Shown here piece by piece: positions 54,397 to 64,000 of a stretch of DNA of 64,000 nucleotides. The stretch is from an uncultured Pseudomonadota bacterium (GTDB taxonomy: Bacteria; Pseudomonadota; Alphaproteobacteria; Rs-D84). The notes under the pieces are model-generated. The model was not told where the DNA came from. It saw only the letters and a program-made list of their open reading frames with translations, and did no database searches. Within the stretch, counting starts at the first letter, position 1. Every line of letters starts with the position of its first letter. Both the position numbers and the translations under genes were made by a program. The stretch spans positions 72,409 to 136,408 of the forward strand of contig CADCKW010000001.1 of assembly GCA_902802115.1 (NCBI GenBank), written 5' to 3'.

Positions 54397-55866
54397 CTAT
54401 TCTGCGATTAACCTGTTATAAACAGTTTTATCAGTTAATATTTTTGTTGCAACCGCCATCGACATCATATCTTCATCATCACCACTGGTAATAACTGGAC
54501 ACCCACGACGCACAGATGCAACATTTACTTTATCATCTTTATTAAAATCCTGAATTTTAAAATCGTTATTTATAACATTTACAAAGAACGCGTTTTGCTG
54601 TTTGCTTGACCGAATATTAGACAAACAAACAATCGGGAAAATACCGCGTCCGTCCAATGCATATCCCCCCACAGATTTAATAGACTTATTTAATAATTCC
54701 AACGCACCGCCATTTGATAAATCAATACGGGTTGCAATACGTGCCGCACCTGCCGTAGGTGTTCCAACCAAAACCCCGCGGCCATTTTCATAAATTGCCG
54801 ATGCCAAACCTTCGGCTGTGCCACGCGTGGTATTAGATGTCAAAACGACAATATTTGCATCAGTCACCGCATCACCACCCGGGACATATTCAACATCTTC
54901 GCCAGCGGTTTGTGACACACGCATAACAGGTTTTGCCCCCATAAACAATCCAGCCATTTTTGTTGCAGCTTTGGCATCAGTCCCAGATGCCGCACGCAAA
55001 TCTAAAATAATACCATCAATATTTTTATATTTTGCCAATGCCTCATTAACAATATTTGTGGCATTATCCGTCATTTCATTAACAACAATTTCCAACAAAC
55101 CACCCTTATCAATTGGTCGATAAATAATATCAGCGTCCGCCAACACAATTGTTGCACGACGCAACACAACATTACGATTTCCAGATGGTGTTAATAAATG
55201 CAACTTGGCAGTTCCACTATTTAAACCTTGAAAAACAGAATCCAATTCTGTATCTGTCATTTTTGAAACATCGCGTCCATTAACAACATCAATTAAATCG
55301 CCAACCTTTATTCCCGCCATATCCGCAGGCGAGCCTTGAACAATCGCACCAACACGAAAATCACCATTATTTTCGCGCCAGCCTGACAGACCAACACTGG
55401 TTAAAATACGATTACCTGAATTATTTAAAATTGTTTCACGCGATATATATTTTCCAGACTCATCAATTCCTTGCATTAATGCCGCAACTGCGCGTTCATA
55501 AATTTCTTCATTTGATAAAGCCGCCAACCCAGAATCACGCGCACGCATTTTATCAATCAATGATGTTGTAATTTTTCCGTATTGCAACCAATCACCCTTT
55601 TGTGGTTGTTGATAATTTCCAACAATAGAATCACGCCACACTAAAATAATTCTATCATCTGTTGCCGCCAAATGTGCATGGGGACTTAAATTTTCCAAAC
55701 CTTCGATAACTACACCGATATTTTTTCCACCCCATTGCACAGAATCTAATTTTTCATAAATTTCTGCAAAAATATTCACAGATTTTTCTGGCATACCGGA
55801 ATCTGCATACGCAGAAAAAACGGTCAATGCAAAAAGCCCAGAAAAAATTATATGTGCAAATTTCAT
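54397..55866 (-). CDS. ctpA: C-terminal processing peptidase (S41) with PDZ domain
   Basis: About 489 aa from the ATG at 55866 (MKFAHIIFSGLFALTVFSAYA signal). A GGAGGAA RBS is 7 nt upstream. It has a PDZ domain (GDFRVGAIVQGSPADMAGIKVGDLI) and S41 motifs. The ORF track extends it to 55950. Confidence 0.8.
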   Translation of the reverse strand: MKFAHIIFSGLFALTVFSAYADSGMPEKSVNIFAEIYEKLDSVQWGGKNIGVVIEGLENLSPHAHLAATDDRIILVWRDSIVGNYQQPQKGDWLQYGKITTSLIDKMRARDSGLAALSNEEIYERAVAALMQGIDESGKYISRETILNNSGNRILTSVGLSGWRENNGDFRVGAIVQGSPADMAGIKVGDLIDVVNGRDVSKMTDTELDSVFQGLNSGTAKLHLLTPSGNRNVVLRRATIVLADADIIYRPIDKGGLLEIVVNEMTDNATNIVNEALAKYKNIDGIILDLRAASGTDAKAATKMAGLFMGAKPVMRVSQTAGEDVEYVPGGDAVTDANIVVLTSNTTRGTAEGLASAIYENGRGVLVGTPTAGAARIATRIDLSNGGALELLNKSIKSVGGYALDGRGIFPIVCLSNIRSSKQQNAFFVNVINNDFKIQDFNKDDKVNVASVRRGCPVITSGDDEDMMSMAVATKILTDKTVYNRLIAE

Positions 55867-55906
55867 TTTATTCCTCCCTTTACTCTCTTTACATTGACCG
55901 ACATTA

Positions 55907-56779
55907 TTAATATTTTGTTTCACGCAAATTAAAGTGATACAAAATAACATTAGAAATATAAATAGATGTTAATGTTCCCATAACGACACTGAAAGTCATT
56001 GCAATTGCGAAATCACGCAACATCACACCACCAAAGGCATACAAACCAACCATCGCCAATATGGTTGAAATACTGGTCATCAATGTTCTGCGCATCATTT
56101 CATTAACAGACAAATCAATTAAATCGTTCATTGGCATTTTATGATATTTTTGGATATTTTCATCGATACGGTCATAATTAACAACTTTATCGTTAATAGA
56201 ATAACCAATACCCATCAAAATAACCGCGATTGCCGTCTGGTTGAATTCCAATCCTGTGACAGAAAAGAATCCAAACATCAACACAAAGTCCAACAACAAC
56301 GACACAAAGGAACCAACCGCATAACCACCGCGATAACGAATCCAAATATATACACTCATCAACACAAATGAAACCAATACCGCCAAAATACCGCCACGAA
56401 CCAGTTCGCCACCGATTTTTGGTCCAACAATTTGCACCTGGGAATATGTCACATTATCACCCAAAATATTTTTAATTTCCGTCACACGTGCATTTTGTTG
56501 TGCATCGGTAGAACCTTTGGGCAAACCAACACGTACCAACACAGAACCACCATCAACGACCTGTAATTCTGGTTTAAATTCAGCCAAAGCCACACGCATT
56601 TTATCAATGGTATATTCGGCATTTGTGGGCTGAACCTCCATCGAAATTCCCCCAGAAAAATCGATACCGTAATTCAGTCCTTTAAAACACAAAGACAAAA
56701 TCGACAATAAAACCAACGCGCCAGAAATCCAATAGGATAACTTACGATATTTCATAAAGTGTAAATTCATCAGCCCCAC
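55907..56779 (-). CDS. secF: Protein translocase subunit SecF
   Basis: 290 aa with the SecF pattern (GIDFSGG…) and 6 TM segments. It lies directly downstream of secD. Confidence 0.85.
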   Translation of the reverse strand: MGLMNLHFMKYRKLSYWISGALVLLSILSLCFKGLNYGIDFSGGISMEVQPTNAEYTIDKMRVALAEFKPELQVVDGGSVLVRVGLPKGSTDAQQNARVTEIKNILGDNVTYSQVQIVGPKIGGELVRGGILAVLVSFVLMSVYIWIRYRGGYAVGSFVSLLLDFVLMFGFFSVTGLEFNQTAIAVILMGIGYSINDKVVNYDRIDENIQKYHKMPMNDLIDLSVNEMMRRTLMTSISTILAMVGLYAFGGVMLRDFAIAMTFSVVMGTLTSIYISNVILYHFNLRETKY

Positions 56780-56781
56780 CT

Positions 56782-58341
56782 TTATTTATTTTTAATAAAA
56801 CCAATTTTTTTATTTTTCGCATTCATATACCAATCAATCAAAACACGCGACAACACCAAACATGTAAATAAAGTAGTTATCACACCGATTGATAAAGTGA
56901 CCGCAAAACCACGAATTGGACCCGCGCCAAATTCAAACAAAATCAGCGAGCAAATCAAATTCGTTAAATTACCGTCCATAACTGTTTTGACAGAACGCGA
57001 AAATCCCATATCAACGGCACGTAATGTCGGCACACCGGCACGAACCTCATCACGAATACGTTCATACGGCAAAATGTTCGCATCAACCGCCATACCCAAT
57101 GTCAAAACGATACCCGCGATACCCGGCAAAGTCAGTGTTGCACCCAACAACGCCGATACACCAACAATCATCGCCAAATTAACCAACAATACAATATCGG
57201 CAAAGACACCAAATAATCCATACACCAATATCATAAACACAATAATAAACAACACACCAACCGCCGAACCGATTTTACCAGATGCAATTGTATCAGCACC
57301 CAATCCAGCACCAACTGTGCGTTCTTCGATAACCGTCAATGGTGCCGGCAACGCACCACTGCGCAACAATACCGCCAAATCTTTTGCGCCCTGTAAAGTA
57401 AATCCACCAGATATTTGACCACGACCACCAGGGATCGGTTCGCGAATATTTGGCGCCGACAAAACCTTGCCGTCCAACACAATTGCAAATCTTTCATTTA
57501 CGTGTTCTGTGGTCAATTTTGCGAAACGACGCGCGCCCGATGCATCAAACACAGTCGTCACAACCGGCATATTATTTTGGTCAAAATCCGCCTGGGAATC
57601 TTTCAAAGATTCACCAGAAACCTCGACATGCGAATACACAGGAACCAACTGTTCTGGATTTTCCATATATGGCAAAAATACAGTTCCAGCCGGCGCACGT
57701 TTCGACGCCAATTGTTCAGAACTAACATTTTCATTTACCAAATGAAAAGTCATTTTTGCAGTTTGTCCAATCAATTCCTTGATACGTTCTGGGTTATCAA
57801 CACCCGGTAATTGAATCAAAATATATTTTCCGCCCTGACTTTGAATAGACAGTTCTTTGGTTCCCAATGCATCAACACGACGACGAACAATTTCGATACT
57901 GCGGGTCAAAGCATCATTAACCATTTCTTGCTTTTGCTTTTCTGTATATTCAACACGAACAATATTTCCACTTGATGAAACATCAACACCGGCACCCAAC
58001 ACAGATTTCAATCTGCCTTTGGCCTTGGAAACATCGCCATTTTCACGCACAGCCAATGTAATTACACCATCAACATTACGCAGGTTTGAAAAACGAATTA
58101 TACCACGATTTCTATCCACCAATGCGGAACGAACCTCGTCATACAATTGCACAGATTTGTCTTGAAACATTTGGTCTGTATTGACCTCTAACAACAATTG
58201 TGCGCCACCTTTTAAATCCAATCCTAAATTGATTGGCCCAATCCATGATGGAAAATATTTTGCCGCACCCGGCACAAAAGTTGGCACCGCCAACAAAACA
58301 CCAAACACTGCAACAAATACAATTGCCAGTTTTTTTAACAT
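56782..58341 (-). CDS. secD: Protein translocase subunit SecD
   Basis: 519 aa with the SecD periplasmic domain and a C-terminal TM bundle (…GLDLKGGAQLLLEV…). Confidence 0.9.
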   Translation of the reverse strand: MLKKLAIVFVAVFGVLLAVPTFVPGAAKYFPSWIGPINLGLDLKGGAQLLLEVNTDQMFQDKSVQLYDEVRSALVDRNRGIIRFSNLRNVDGVITLAVRENGDVSKAKGRLKSVLGAGVDVSSSGNIVRVEYTEKQKQEMVNDALTRSIEIVRRRVDALGTKELSIQSQGGKYILIQLPGVDNPERIKELIGQTAKMTFHLVNENVSSEQLASKRAPAGTVFLPYMENPEQLVPVYSHVEVSGESLKDSQADFDQNNMPVVTTVFDASGARRFAKLTTEHVNERFAIVLDGKVLSAPNIREPIPGGRGQISGGFTLQGAKDLAVLLRSGALPAPLTVIEERTVGAGLGADTIASGKIGSAVGVLFIIVFMILVYGLFGVFADIVLLVNLAMIVGVSALLGATLTLPGIAGIVLTLGMAVDANILPYERIRDEVRAGVPTLRAVDMGFSRSVKTVMDGNLTNLICSLILFEFGAGPIRGFAVTLSIGVITTLFTCLVLSRVLIDWYMNAKNKKIGFIKNK

Positions 58342-58359
58342 AACACCACACCCTTTTTA

Positions 58360-58677
58360 TTATTTAGATTCCACACCTGCCACAGCATTTTTATTAACTT
58401 CAACAACAACGCCTTTGGCAATTTCTAATTCAATTGTTTTTTCATTGATTGATTTAATGGTTCCATAAATACCACCCGCCAACACACGCGCACCAACACG
58501 CAATGAATTCAGCATTTTTTGATATTCCGCCATACGTTTTTTCGCAGGCCGCACCATTAAAAAGTAAATAATTCCAAAAACAACCGCACAATATAACAAC
58601 AATCCTAACCAACTGCCCTGTTCGGCCGCAGCCACGTTATTTGCCATCATATTCGCAGATTCAACTGTATTTTCCAT
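58360..58677 (-). CDS. yajC: Preprotein translocase subunit YajC
   Basis: 105 aa with a single TM segment, then …MVRPAKKRMAEYQKMLNSLRVGARV…. It sits upstream of secD. Confidence 0.8.
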   Translation of the reverse strand: MENTVESANMMANNVAAAEQGSWLGLLLYCAVVFGIIYFLMVRPAKKRMAEYQKMLNSLRVGARVLAGGIYGTIKSINEKTIELEIAKGVVVEVNKNAVAGVESK

Positions 58678-58815
58678 AATTTCTCCTTTTGATTATGGTT
58701 GAAACATAGACAAAAAACCCAAAAAAGTAAAGAAAAAAAGCGGAAAGTCGCACAATCATTTTCAACAAAAAAAATTCGGCATAAAATATGCCGAACCAGA
58801 AATTAAAATTCTTAT

Positions 58816-59346
58816 TTACTGGGCATCAGCCGCAGTTGCAATTTTCATCCACGTTCTGCCATTATCGCTACTGGCTGTGGCTGGCTGATTTGCATGGTTG
58901 CCGATTGTCACATAACCACATTCATCACTGGACCCACAATTTCCAGCATACGCAGTTGATAATTTATCACGTTGCAAAACCGCAACATTTGCCTTGTTAT
59001 TTTTAATACTGGACGTGGAAATATTTGTACTGGCCGTTGCCGCCAAATTACCAACCGCAACCCCTGTAATTGTCGGTGTATCACCAACATTTGTAATAAC
59101 ATTGTTAATCGCCGCACCCTCAACAGAAGCCAATTTCGCAGTTTGCGGAACCGTTCCACGTCTATAACCATAATCGTATGTAGATGAACTGGTACTGGTA
59201 TCAACCGTTCCATCACCATATGTAATATCATAAACAGATTTACGAACAACATTTGTTGATGCCGTTTGAATTGTGGGTGCCGCATATGCACCACAGCCAA
59301 TAAACACAGCCCCAAAAAATCCAGCAAACAAAGCAATTTTCTTCAT
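58816..59346 (-). CDS. Secreted Thr/Ser-rich hypothetical protein
   Basis: 176 aa with a signal peptide (…GCGAYA|AP). An AGGAAAGGAAAATG RBS precedes it. Confidence 0.45.
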   Translation of the reverse strand: MKKIALFAGFFGAVFIGCGAYAAPTIQTASTNVVRKSVYDITYGDGTVDTSTSSSTYDYGYRRGTVPQTAKLASVEGAAINNVITNVGDTPTITGVAVGNLAATASTNISTSSIKNNKANVAVLQRDKLSTAYAGNCGSSDECGYVTIGNHANQPATASSDNGRTWMKIATAADAQ

Positions 59347-59427
59347 TTTCCTTTCCTTTCTATCTATACGATAATCCTTTATGGAAATAATGATATCATA
59401 GTTTTAAAATTTTGACAATTGAAAAAT

Positions 59428-61224
59428 TTAACTTCTTTCAAAAATAATATCTAAATCAGTTAATGGAATAATTTTATACACCGGGCGTCCATGATTACAT
59501 TGTCCGCCACGTGTGGTATTTTCAATATCACGCAACAACGCGTTCATTTGTGTAATATCTAATTTTTGCCCTGCACGCACAGAATGATGACACGCCCAAT
59601 TTGCCAATTTCAAATGCAACCTTTCATTTAATTGAACAGAATGTCCATTTGCACGCACCTCGTCTGCAATTTCATGCAACAATGTTGCCCAATTTAAATC
59701 CCAATCAGCCGGCTTTTCAAATATAGCAATTGCGGTATCCCCAAACGAATCCAATGTCAGCCCAGAATTTTTTAACTCATCTGCGATTTCCAAGACCGCC
59801 ACAACATCTTCGGCACGCATATTTACAACAATCGGGGTCAATAATGGTTGAACCTTTATTGTATGGGTCCGCACACGTTCATATGTAATACGTTCATGCG
59901 CCGCATGTTGATCAACAATAATTAAATTATCCCCAGATTCCGCCAATATATATTTATCGCCAATTTGTCCAATTGCATGTCCCAACGGTCTTTGCGCAAA
60001 CGCATCATCTGGCGAAACAATATTTTTTTCACACACAACATTTTCATCATTTAATTTTTGTTCATCAAAAAAATTTTTTACATTTGGCGACCGCACAGAC
60101 AACACATGCCGCACAGTATTTGTATCACGATTTGCCAAATTAAAATTATCATGATGCGGTGTTGCAACCGGTATATTCATTTGTTGTGGGCGTGACACAA
60201 ATTCCAAATCATGCGATACATCATTGGACAAATTATTTTGCACAACTGTCTGCAAAGTTTCCGCCAAACGATTTCTTAAATTTTTAATAATAAATGCACG
60301 CACATGCGATGGCTCTAAAAAATGAACCTCTGTCTTGGCGGGCGACACATTTACATCAACATTTGCCGGATTAAGATTTAAAAATAACGCACACAACGGA
60401 AACTCGCGCGCATGCATAACGTCCATATACGCGGCACGCAAAGCCCCAACAACAACCTTGTCTTTTACTGGTCGCGAATTCACAAATAAAAATTGATCAA
60501 CCGACGATGCCCGACGCAATGTGGGCTCTGACACAAAGCCCGTTAATGTCATATCCCCAGATTCAGATTTTGCATTAATTTCCAACATACGACCATTTAT
60601 ATCATCACCCATAACGGCAATCATACGTTCCAACAAATCTTGTCCTTTTGGGAAAAACCATTTGTTGTTTAAAACGAAACCAACGTCCCGTCGCGCCAAC
60701 GCCAAGCGTTTGATTATTTCCAAAACCGACATTGTTTCTGCGCGGTCACCACGTAAAAATTTCAATCGTGCTGGCACATTTCCAAACAAATTTTGAACTC
60801 TGATTCGTGTTCCAGAATCCCAATTAGACGGTTTTATTTCGCCCGTTGTTGCATTTAATTGCCAACCGTTTGGCTCACTGTCATTATATGTATCAATCGT
60901 CATATTGGAAACAGATGCAATTGACGGCAATGCTTCGCCACGAAACCCCATATATGTAATATTTGTTAAATCATCATCTGGTAATTTTGATGTTGCATGT
61001 CGCATTATTGATTTTGCCAAATCATCACGCACCATACCGCGCCCATTATCAACAACCGTTATCGATGTGCGTCCCCCATCAACAACATCAACAACAATTT
61101 GGTCTGCCCCCGCGTCCAGCGCATTTTCAACCAATTCTTTTACAACACTGGCTGGGTTTTCAACAACCTCGCCTGCGGCAATTTGATTCACCAAAAAATC
61201 AGGCAACACACGAACCGACATCAA
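59428..61224 (-). CDS. mutL: DNA mismatch repair protein MutL
   Basis: 598 aa. The N-terminal GHKL ATPase is (…IAAGEVVENPASVVKELVENALDAGA…). It has the C-terminal MutL dimerisation domain. Confidence 0.9.
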   Translation of the reverse strand: MMSVRVLPDFLVNQIAAGEVVENPASVVKELVENALDAGADQIVVDVVDGGRTSITVVDNGRGMVRDDLAKSIMRHATSKLPDDDLTNITYMGFRGEALPSIASVSNMTIDTYNDSEPNGWQLNATTGEIKPSNWDSGTRIRVQNLFGNVPARLKFLRGDRAETMSVLEIIKRLALARRDVGFVLNNKWFFPKGQDLLERMIAVMGDDINGRMLEINAKSESGDMTLTGFVSEPTLRRASSVDQFLFVNSRPVKDKVVVGALRAAYMDVMHAREFPLCALFLNLNPANVDVNVSPAKTEVHFLEPSHVRAFIIKNLRNRLAETLQTVVQNNLSNDVSHDLEFVSRPQQMNIPVATPHHDNFNLANRDTNTVRHVLSVRSPNVKNFFDEQKLNDENVVCEKNIVSPDDAFAQRPLGHAIGQIGDKYILAESGDNLIIVDQHAAHERITYERVRTHTIKVQPLLTPIVVNMRAEDVVAVLEIADELKNSGLTLDSFGDTAIAIFEKPADWDLNWATLLHEIADEVRANGHSVQLNERLHLKLANWACHHSVRAGQKLDITQMNALLRDIENTTRGGQCNHGRPVYKIIPLTDLDIIFERS

Positions 61225-61256
61225 AAAACCTTTCCAACCTTTTTTACCTATTATAT

Positions 61257-61727
61257 TTAGTCTTTGAATTTAACCTCGATAATTTCAAATTCTTTTTCAC
61301 CACTTGGCAATTTTACAGTGCAACAATCACCCACGCAACGTCCAATCAACGCGCGTCCCATTGGTGATGTGCAAGAAATAATTTGTCGCCCATCAGATTC
61401 AACATCAGACAAAATCCGGCACTGCATACGATTACCGTCTTCATCTTCGGCAACAACGCGCGCACCAAAAACCACTTTATCACCCGACAAACTGTCAATA
61501 TCAATAACATCAGCATTTGCAACAATACTTTCGATATATTGTATGCGTTTATCAATCTGTCTTTGTTTTTCACGTGCCGCACTGTAATCCGCATTTTCTG
61601 ACAAATCGCCCAACGACCGCGCCCATTGAACAACACGCAAAATTTCAGGTCTTTGAACCTCTTTTAAATCCTTTAATTCTTTTAACAGTGTATCAAATCC
61701 GTCCCGCGAAATTGGTTTTTTTTCCAT
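61257..61727 (-). CDS. greA: Transcription elongation factor GreA
   Basis: 156 aa from the ATG at 61727 (MEKKPISRDGFDTL…). It has a coiled-coil plus an FKBP-like C-terminus (…LGDLSENADYSAAREKQ…). The ORF track extends it to 61877. Confidence 0.85.
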   Translation of the reverse strand: MEKKPISRDGFDTLLKELKDLKEVQRPEILRVVQWARSLGDLSENADYSAAREKQRQIDKRIQYIESIVANADVIDIDSLSGDKVVFGARVVAEDEDGNRMQCRILSDVESDGRQIISCTSPMGRALIGRCVGDCCTVKLPSGEKEFEIIEVKFKD

Positions 61728-61824
61728 AACAACCACCTTTATCAACATTATTTTCAAAGCCAAATTATACACTTTCATTTTAATTTTGCAATTATCAAAT
61801 GAACAAGGTATAATTCCCAATATT

Positions 61825-62874
61825 ATGAGTATTTTATTTAGATTTTTATTACGCAAATTCTTTGGTGGCATCGGCATTATATTGCTGATTGTGTGTGGTA
61901 TTATTTATGCGGTCACATTTGTAGAACGCCTGCCATCAAACCCCGATACAATATCTGCAATAACGGACGCATGGGTGCGATTATTGGAATATATCCCCAT
62001 GTTTTTACCATTAACGGTATTTATGGGAACATTGCTGGCAATGTATAATTTAACCAAATCCAGCGAGGCTATTATTATATCCAGTGCCGGTCGGTCACCA
62101 TATCAAATTGCACGACCTTTTTTATTAGGGGCTTTTTTGGTTGGCATATTTGCAACAACGGTTATAAACCCATATTTTGTCAGTATCAGCGCAAAAAACA
62201 TAACCGACCAAGAATTACAATTGGTTGATAATACAATTTGGATTCGTGAAGAAGCCGACAATCATTTTTTAACAATGTCTGCACACGATATGCACAAAAC
62301 CAACGAAACATTGATATTTGGTGACGCAACAATATTTATCCAAGATAACAATTTCAAATTATTAAATCGTATTGAAACACAATCCGCCACATTATCTAAT
62401 GACGGAATTGCTGCACAAAATGCAACAATATGGGACACACGCGGAAACACAACACACGGCAAATGGGAAATAAAAACCAAACTGACCCCAAAAACCGTAT
62501 TGGAACGATATTTACAACCAAACCAAATTTCATTTTGGGAATTACCCGGGTTTATACATAAAATGTCTGCAATCGGTGTGCCAATGCGTGGGCATCTGGT
62601 TCAGTTTTGGACACTATTATTCTTGCCATTAACCATGGTGGCAATGGCGACATTGGGAATTGCATTTTCACAAACACGCCAACGCAGAAATTTTAATTTT
62701 GGCTTGAAATTTAGTCTGGGCATCATTACATGTTTCTTGATGTATTTTTTAATCAATACATTTAATGCCCTTGGCGCAACAGGCGCACTGCCACCGATAT
62801 TGGCGATTATTGCACCACCGATTATAATTATCGCGGCATCTGGGGCATTTATCGAACATTTTGACACGATATAA
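61825..62874 (+). CDS. LptF/LptG-family LPS export permease
   Basis: About 349 aa with the YjgP/YjgQ topology (TM bundle, periplasmic beta-jellyroll, 3 C-terminal TM segments). The start is probably the ATG at 61825 (MSILFRFLLRKFF…). Confidence 0.7.
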   Translation: MSILFRFLLRKFFGGIGIILLIVCGIIYAVTFVERLPSNPDTISAITDAWVRLLEYIPMFLPLTVFMGTLLAMYNLTKSSEAIIISSAGRSPYQIARPFLLGAFLVGIFATTVINPYFVSISAKNITDQELQLVDNTIWIREEADNHFLTMSAHDMHKTNETLIFGDATIFIQDNNFKLLNRIETQSATLSNDGIAAQNATIWDTRGNTTHGKWEIKTKLTPKTVLERYLQPNQISFWELPGFIHKMSAIGVPMRGHLVQFWTLLFLPLTMVAMATLGIAFSQTRQRRNFNFGLKFSLGIITCFLMYFLINTFNALGATGALPPILAIIAPPIIIIAASGAFIEHFDTI

Positions 62875-62888
62875 AGGGGATAAATACT

Positions 62889-63017
62889 ATGCCATTAAAG
62901 AAAAAAACAAATACAAAAAAGATATTGATTTGGTTATGTGTAATTGTATTGGTTTTATTTATGATAATGTATTTTGAACCAACAACCACACCGATTGAAT
63001 TGGAATTGTACCCATGA
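62889..63017 (+). CDS. Small membrane protein (42 aa), hypothetical
   Basis: It encodes MPLKKKTNTKKILIWLCVIVLVLFMIMYFEPTTTPIELELYP. A GGGGA RBS precedes it. Its stop overlaps the xerD start (ATGA). Confidence 0.3.
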   Translation: MPLKKKTNTKKILIWLCVIVLVLFMIMYFEPTTTPIELELYP

Positions 63018-63889
63018 ATTACATAGATGTTTTTCTTGAAGCTTTATCTGCCGAAAAAGGACGCAGCGAAAAAACAATCGCCAGTTATGAATCTGATTTA
63101 AATCTGGCAGATAGTGCATTACCAAACGGTCTGTTGAACGCAACCGATAACGATATTCAAAATTATTTATCATCTTTGACCAAAACAGAACGCGCGTCCA
63201 GTATTGCCCGCAAGGCAAGTGCCCTGCGCACATTTTATAAATTTTTAATGTTGGAAAAAATTATTCAAACAAACCCAACCAAAAATTTGGAATTACCAAA
63301 ACGCGCACGCCCATTACCAAAATTATTATCAACCGATGAAATAGATTTATTGATATCATCGGCTGGCGATATAAAAACATCTGTGCGACTGCGCGCAATG
63401 ATTGAATTATTGTATGCATCGGGGCTGCGCGTGTCTGAATTATGCGAATTACCAATGACTGCGATTTTGGGCGACCACTTACTAATTCATGGCAAAGGTG
63501 CCAAAGAACGCATGGTTCCAATGCACGCAGGCGCAATATCTGCATTACAAAAATGGTTAGATTTGCGTGATGCCCCCGATTCGAAATATGTATTTCCAGG
63601 CACCGGAAAAACCGGACATATAACACGCGATGGATTTTTTAAAATTTTAAAAAAATGCGCCGTATTGGCGGGCCTGGACCCAACTCATGTTTCGCCACAC
63701 GTCCTGCGACATTCGTTTGCATCACATTTATTGGCACATGGCGCAAACCTGCGCGCGATACAAACCATGTTGGGACACGAAGACATTTCAACAACGCAAA
63801 TTTATACACATGTTTTACCTGAACAACTGCGTGAAACGGTTGAAAATTATCACCCATTATCTAAAAAATCAAAGGACCCAGAACAATGA
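63014..63889 (+). CDS. xerD: Site-specific tyrosine recombinase XerD/XerC
   Basis: 291 aa with catalytic RHRY residues (…ELLYASGLRVSEL…HVLRHSFASHLL…TTQIYTHV). The Xer-type N-terminus is …KTIASYESDL…. Confidence 0.85.
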   Translation: MNYIDVFLEALSAEKGRSEKTIASYESDLNLADSALPNGLLNATDNDIQNYLSSLTKTERASSIARKASALRTFYKFLMLEKIIQTNPTKNLELPKRARPLPKLLSTDEIDLLISSAGDIKTSVRLRAMIELLYASGLRVSELCELPMTAILGDHLLIHGKGAKERMVPMHAGAISALQKWLDLRDAPDSKYVFPGTGKTGHITRDGFFKILKKCAVLAGLDPTHVSPHVLRHSFASHLLAHGANLRAIQTMLGHEDISTTQIYTHVLPEQLRETVENYHPLSKKSKDPEQ

Positions 63890-64000
63890 TAACAAAATGC
63901 GACCACCCAGGATGTACCAAGGCCGGCACATGTCGTGCGCCAAAAAATCGTGATTTGCGTGAATATTGGCATTTCTGTCAAAAACACGCCGCTGAATACA
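63886..64000 (+). CDS. Hypothetical Cys-rich protein, 5' partial (continues beyond the window)
   Basis: The ATG at 63886 overlaps the xerD stop (ATGA). The N-terminus is MITKCDHPGCTKAGTCRAPKNRDLREYWHFCQKHAAEY. Confidence 0.4.
   Translation, partial: MITKCDHPGCTKAGTCRAPKNRDLREYWHFCQKHAAEY

Noticed and set aside
61257-61877. A 206-aa extended greA ORF with an N-terminal extension (MPMPPKNLRNK…).
   Set aside because: The extension is low-complexity and unsupported. Canonical GreA begins at the internal MEKKPISRDGFD (61727), giving the typical ~157-aa protein.

Overview
This is an AT-rich window that reads like a chromosomal region of an alphaproteobacterium, probably a reduced-genome or endosymbiont-like lineage (a MucR/Ros-family regulator is present). 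The alphaproteobacterial assignment is an inference, not something I could test. The protein family calls below rest on motif recognition by eye, not database searches. Most of the window is housekeeping, and each gene is annotated in the features:
- Fe-S assembly: sufB-sufC.
- tRNA amidotransferase and modification: gatC…gatA-tRNA-Phe-gatB, miaB.
- Envelope and transport: a P-type ATPase, lptC-like/lptB, nlpD, tatBC, lolA.
- Nucleic-acid metabolism: nrnA, recJ, ftsI, sufE-DUF59-sufS.
- Redox, transcription, translation: trxA, a DksA-like factor, tatA, a SPOR-domain protein, thrS, a hemolysin-III protein, gltX, trmB.
- Further housekeeping: a ybeY-lnt fusion, mucR, rarA, ftsK, a PAP2 phosphatase, ctpA.
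- Secretion and late genes: secF-secD-yajC, mutL, greA, lptF/G, xerD.
- Several beta-barrel outer-membrane proteins (C-terminal Phe) and secreted proteins are also present.
The non-housekeeping content is:
1. A tandem array of four cysteine-rich paralogous genes inserted between gatC and gatA and operonic with them. Their domain pattern is X, X, Y, X+Y, and I do not recognise the family.
2. A family of about 90-bp double-stem hairpin repeats with compensatory (covarying) stem changes. It occurs at three intergenic loci in 3+1+3 units, and at two loci it overlaps the 3' ends of genes and donates their stop codons.
3. At the window start, the 3' end of an R64/ICE-like type IVb pilus module: a PilL/TcpQ-like gene followed by a PilN-like lipoprotein secretin.
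4. A tightly coupled four-gene operon of unknown function: a membrane protein, a degenerate HNH-like protein, an unknown protein, and a ribbon-helix-helix protein.
5. A second short CCAC…GTGG hairpin repeat family located 3' of genes.
Every call is from reading the sequence; none is a database search result.
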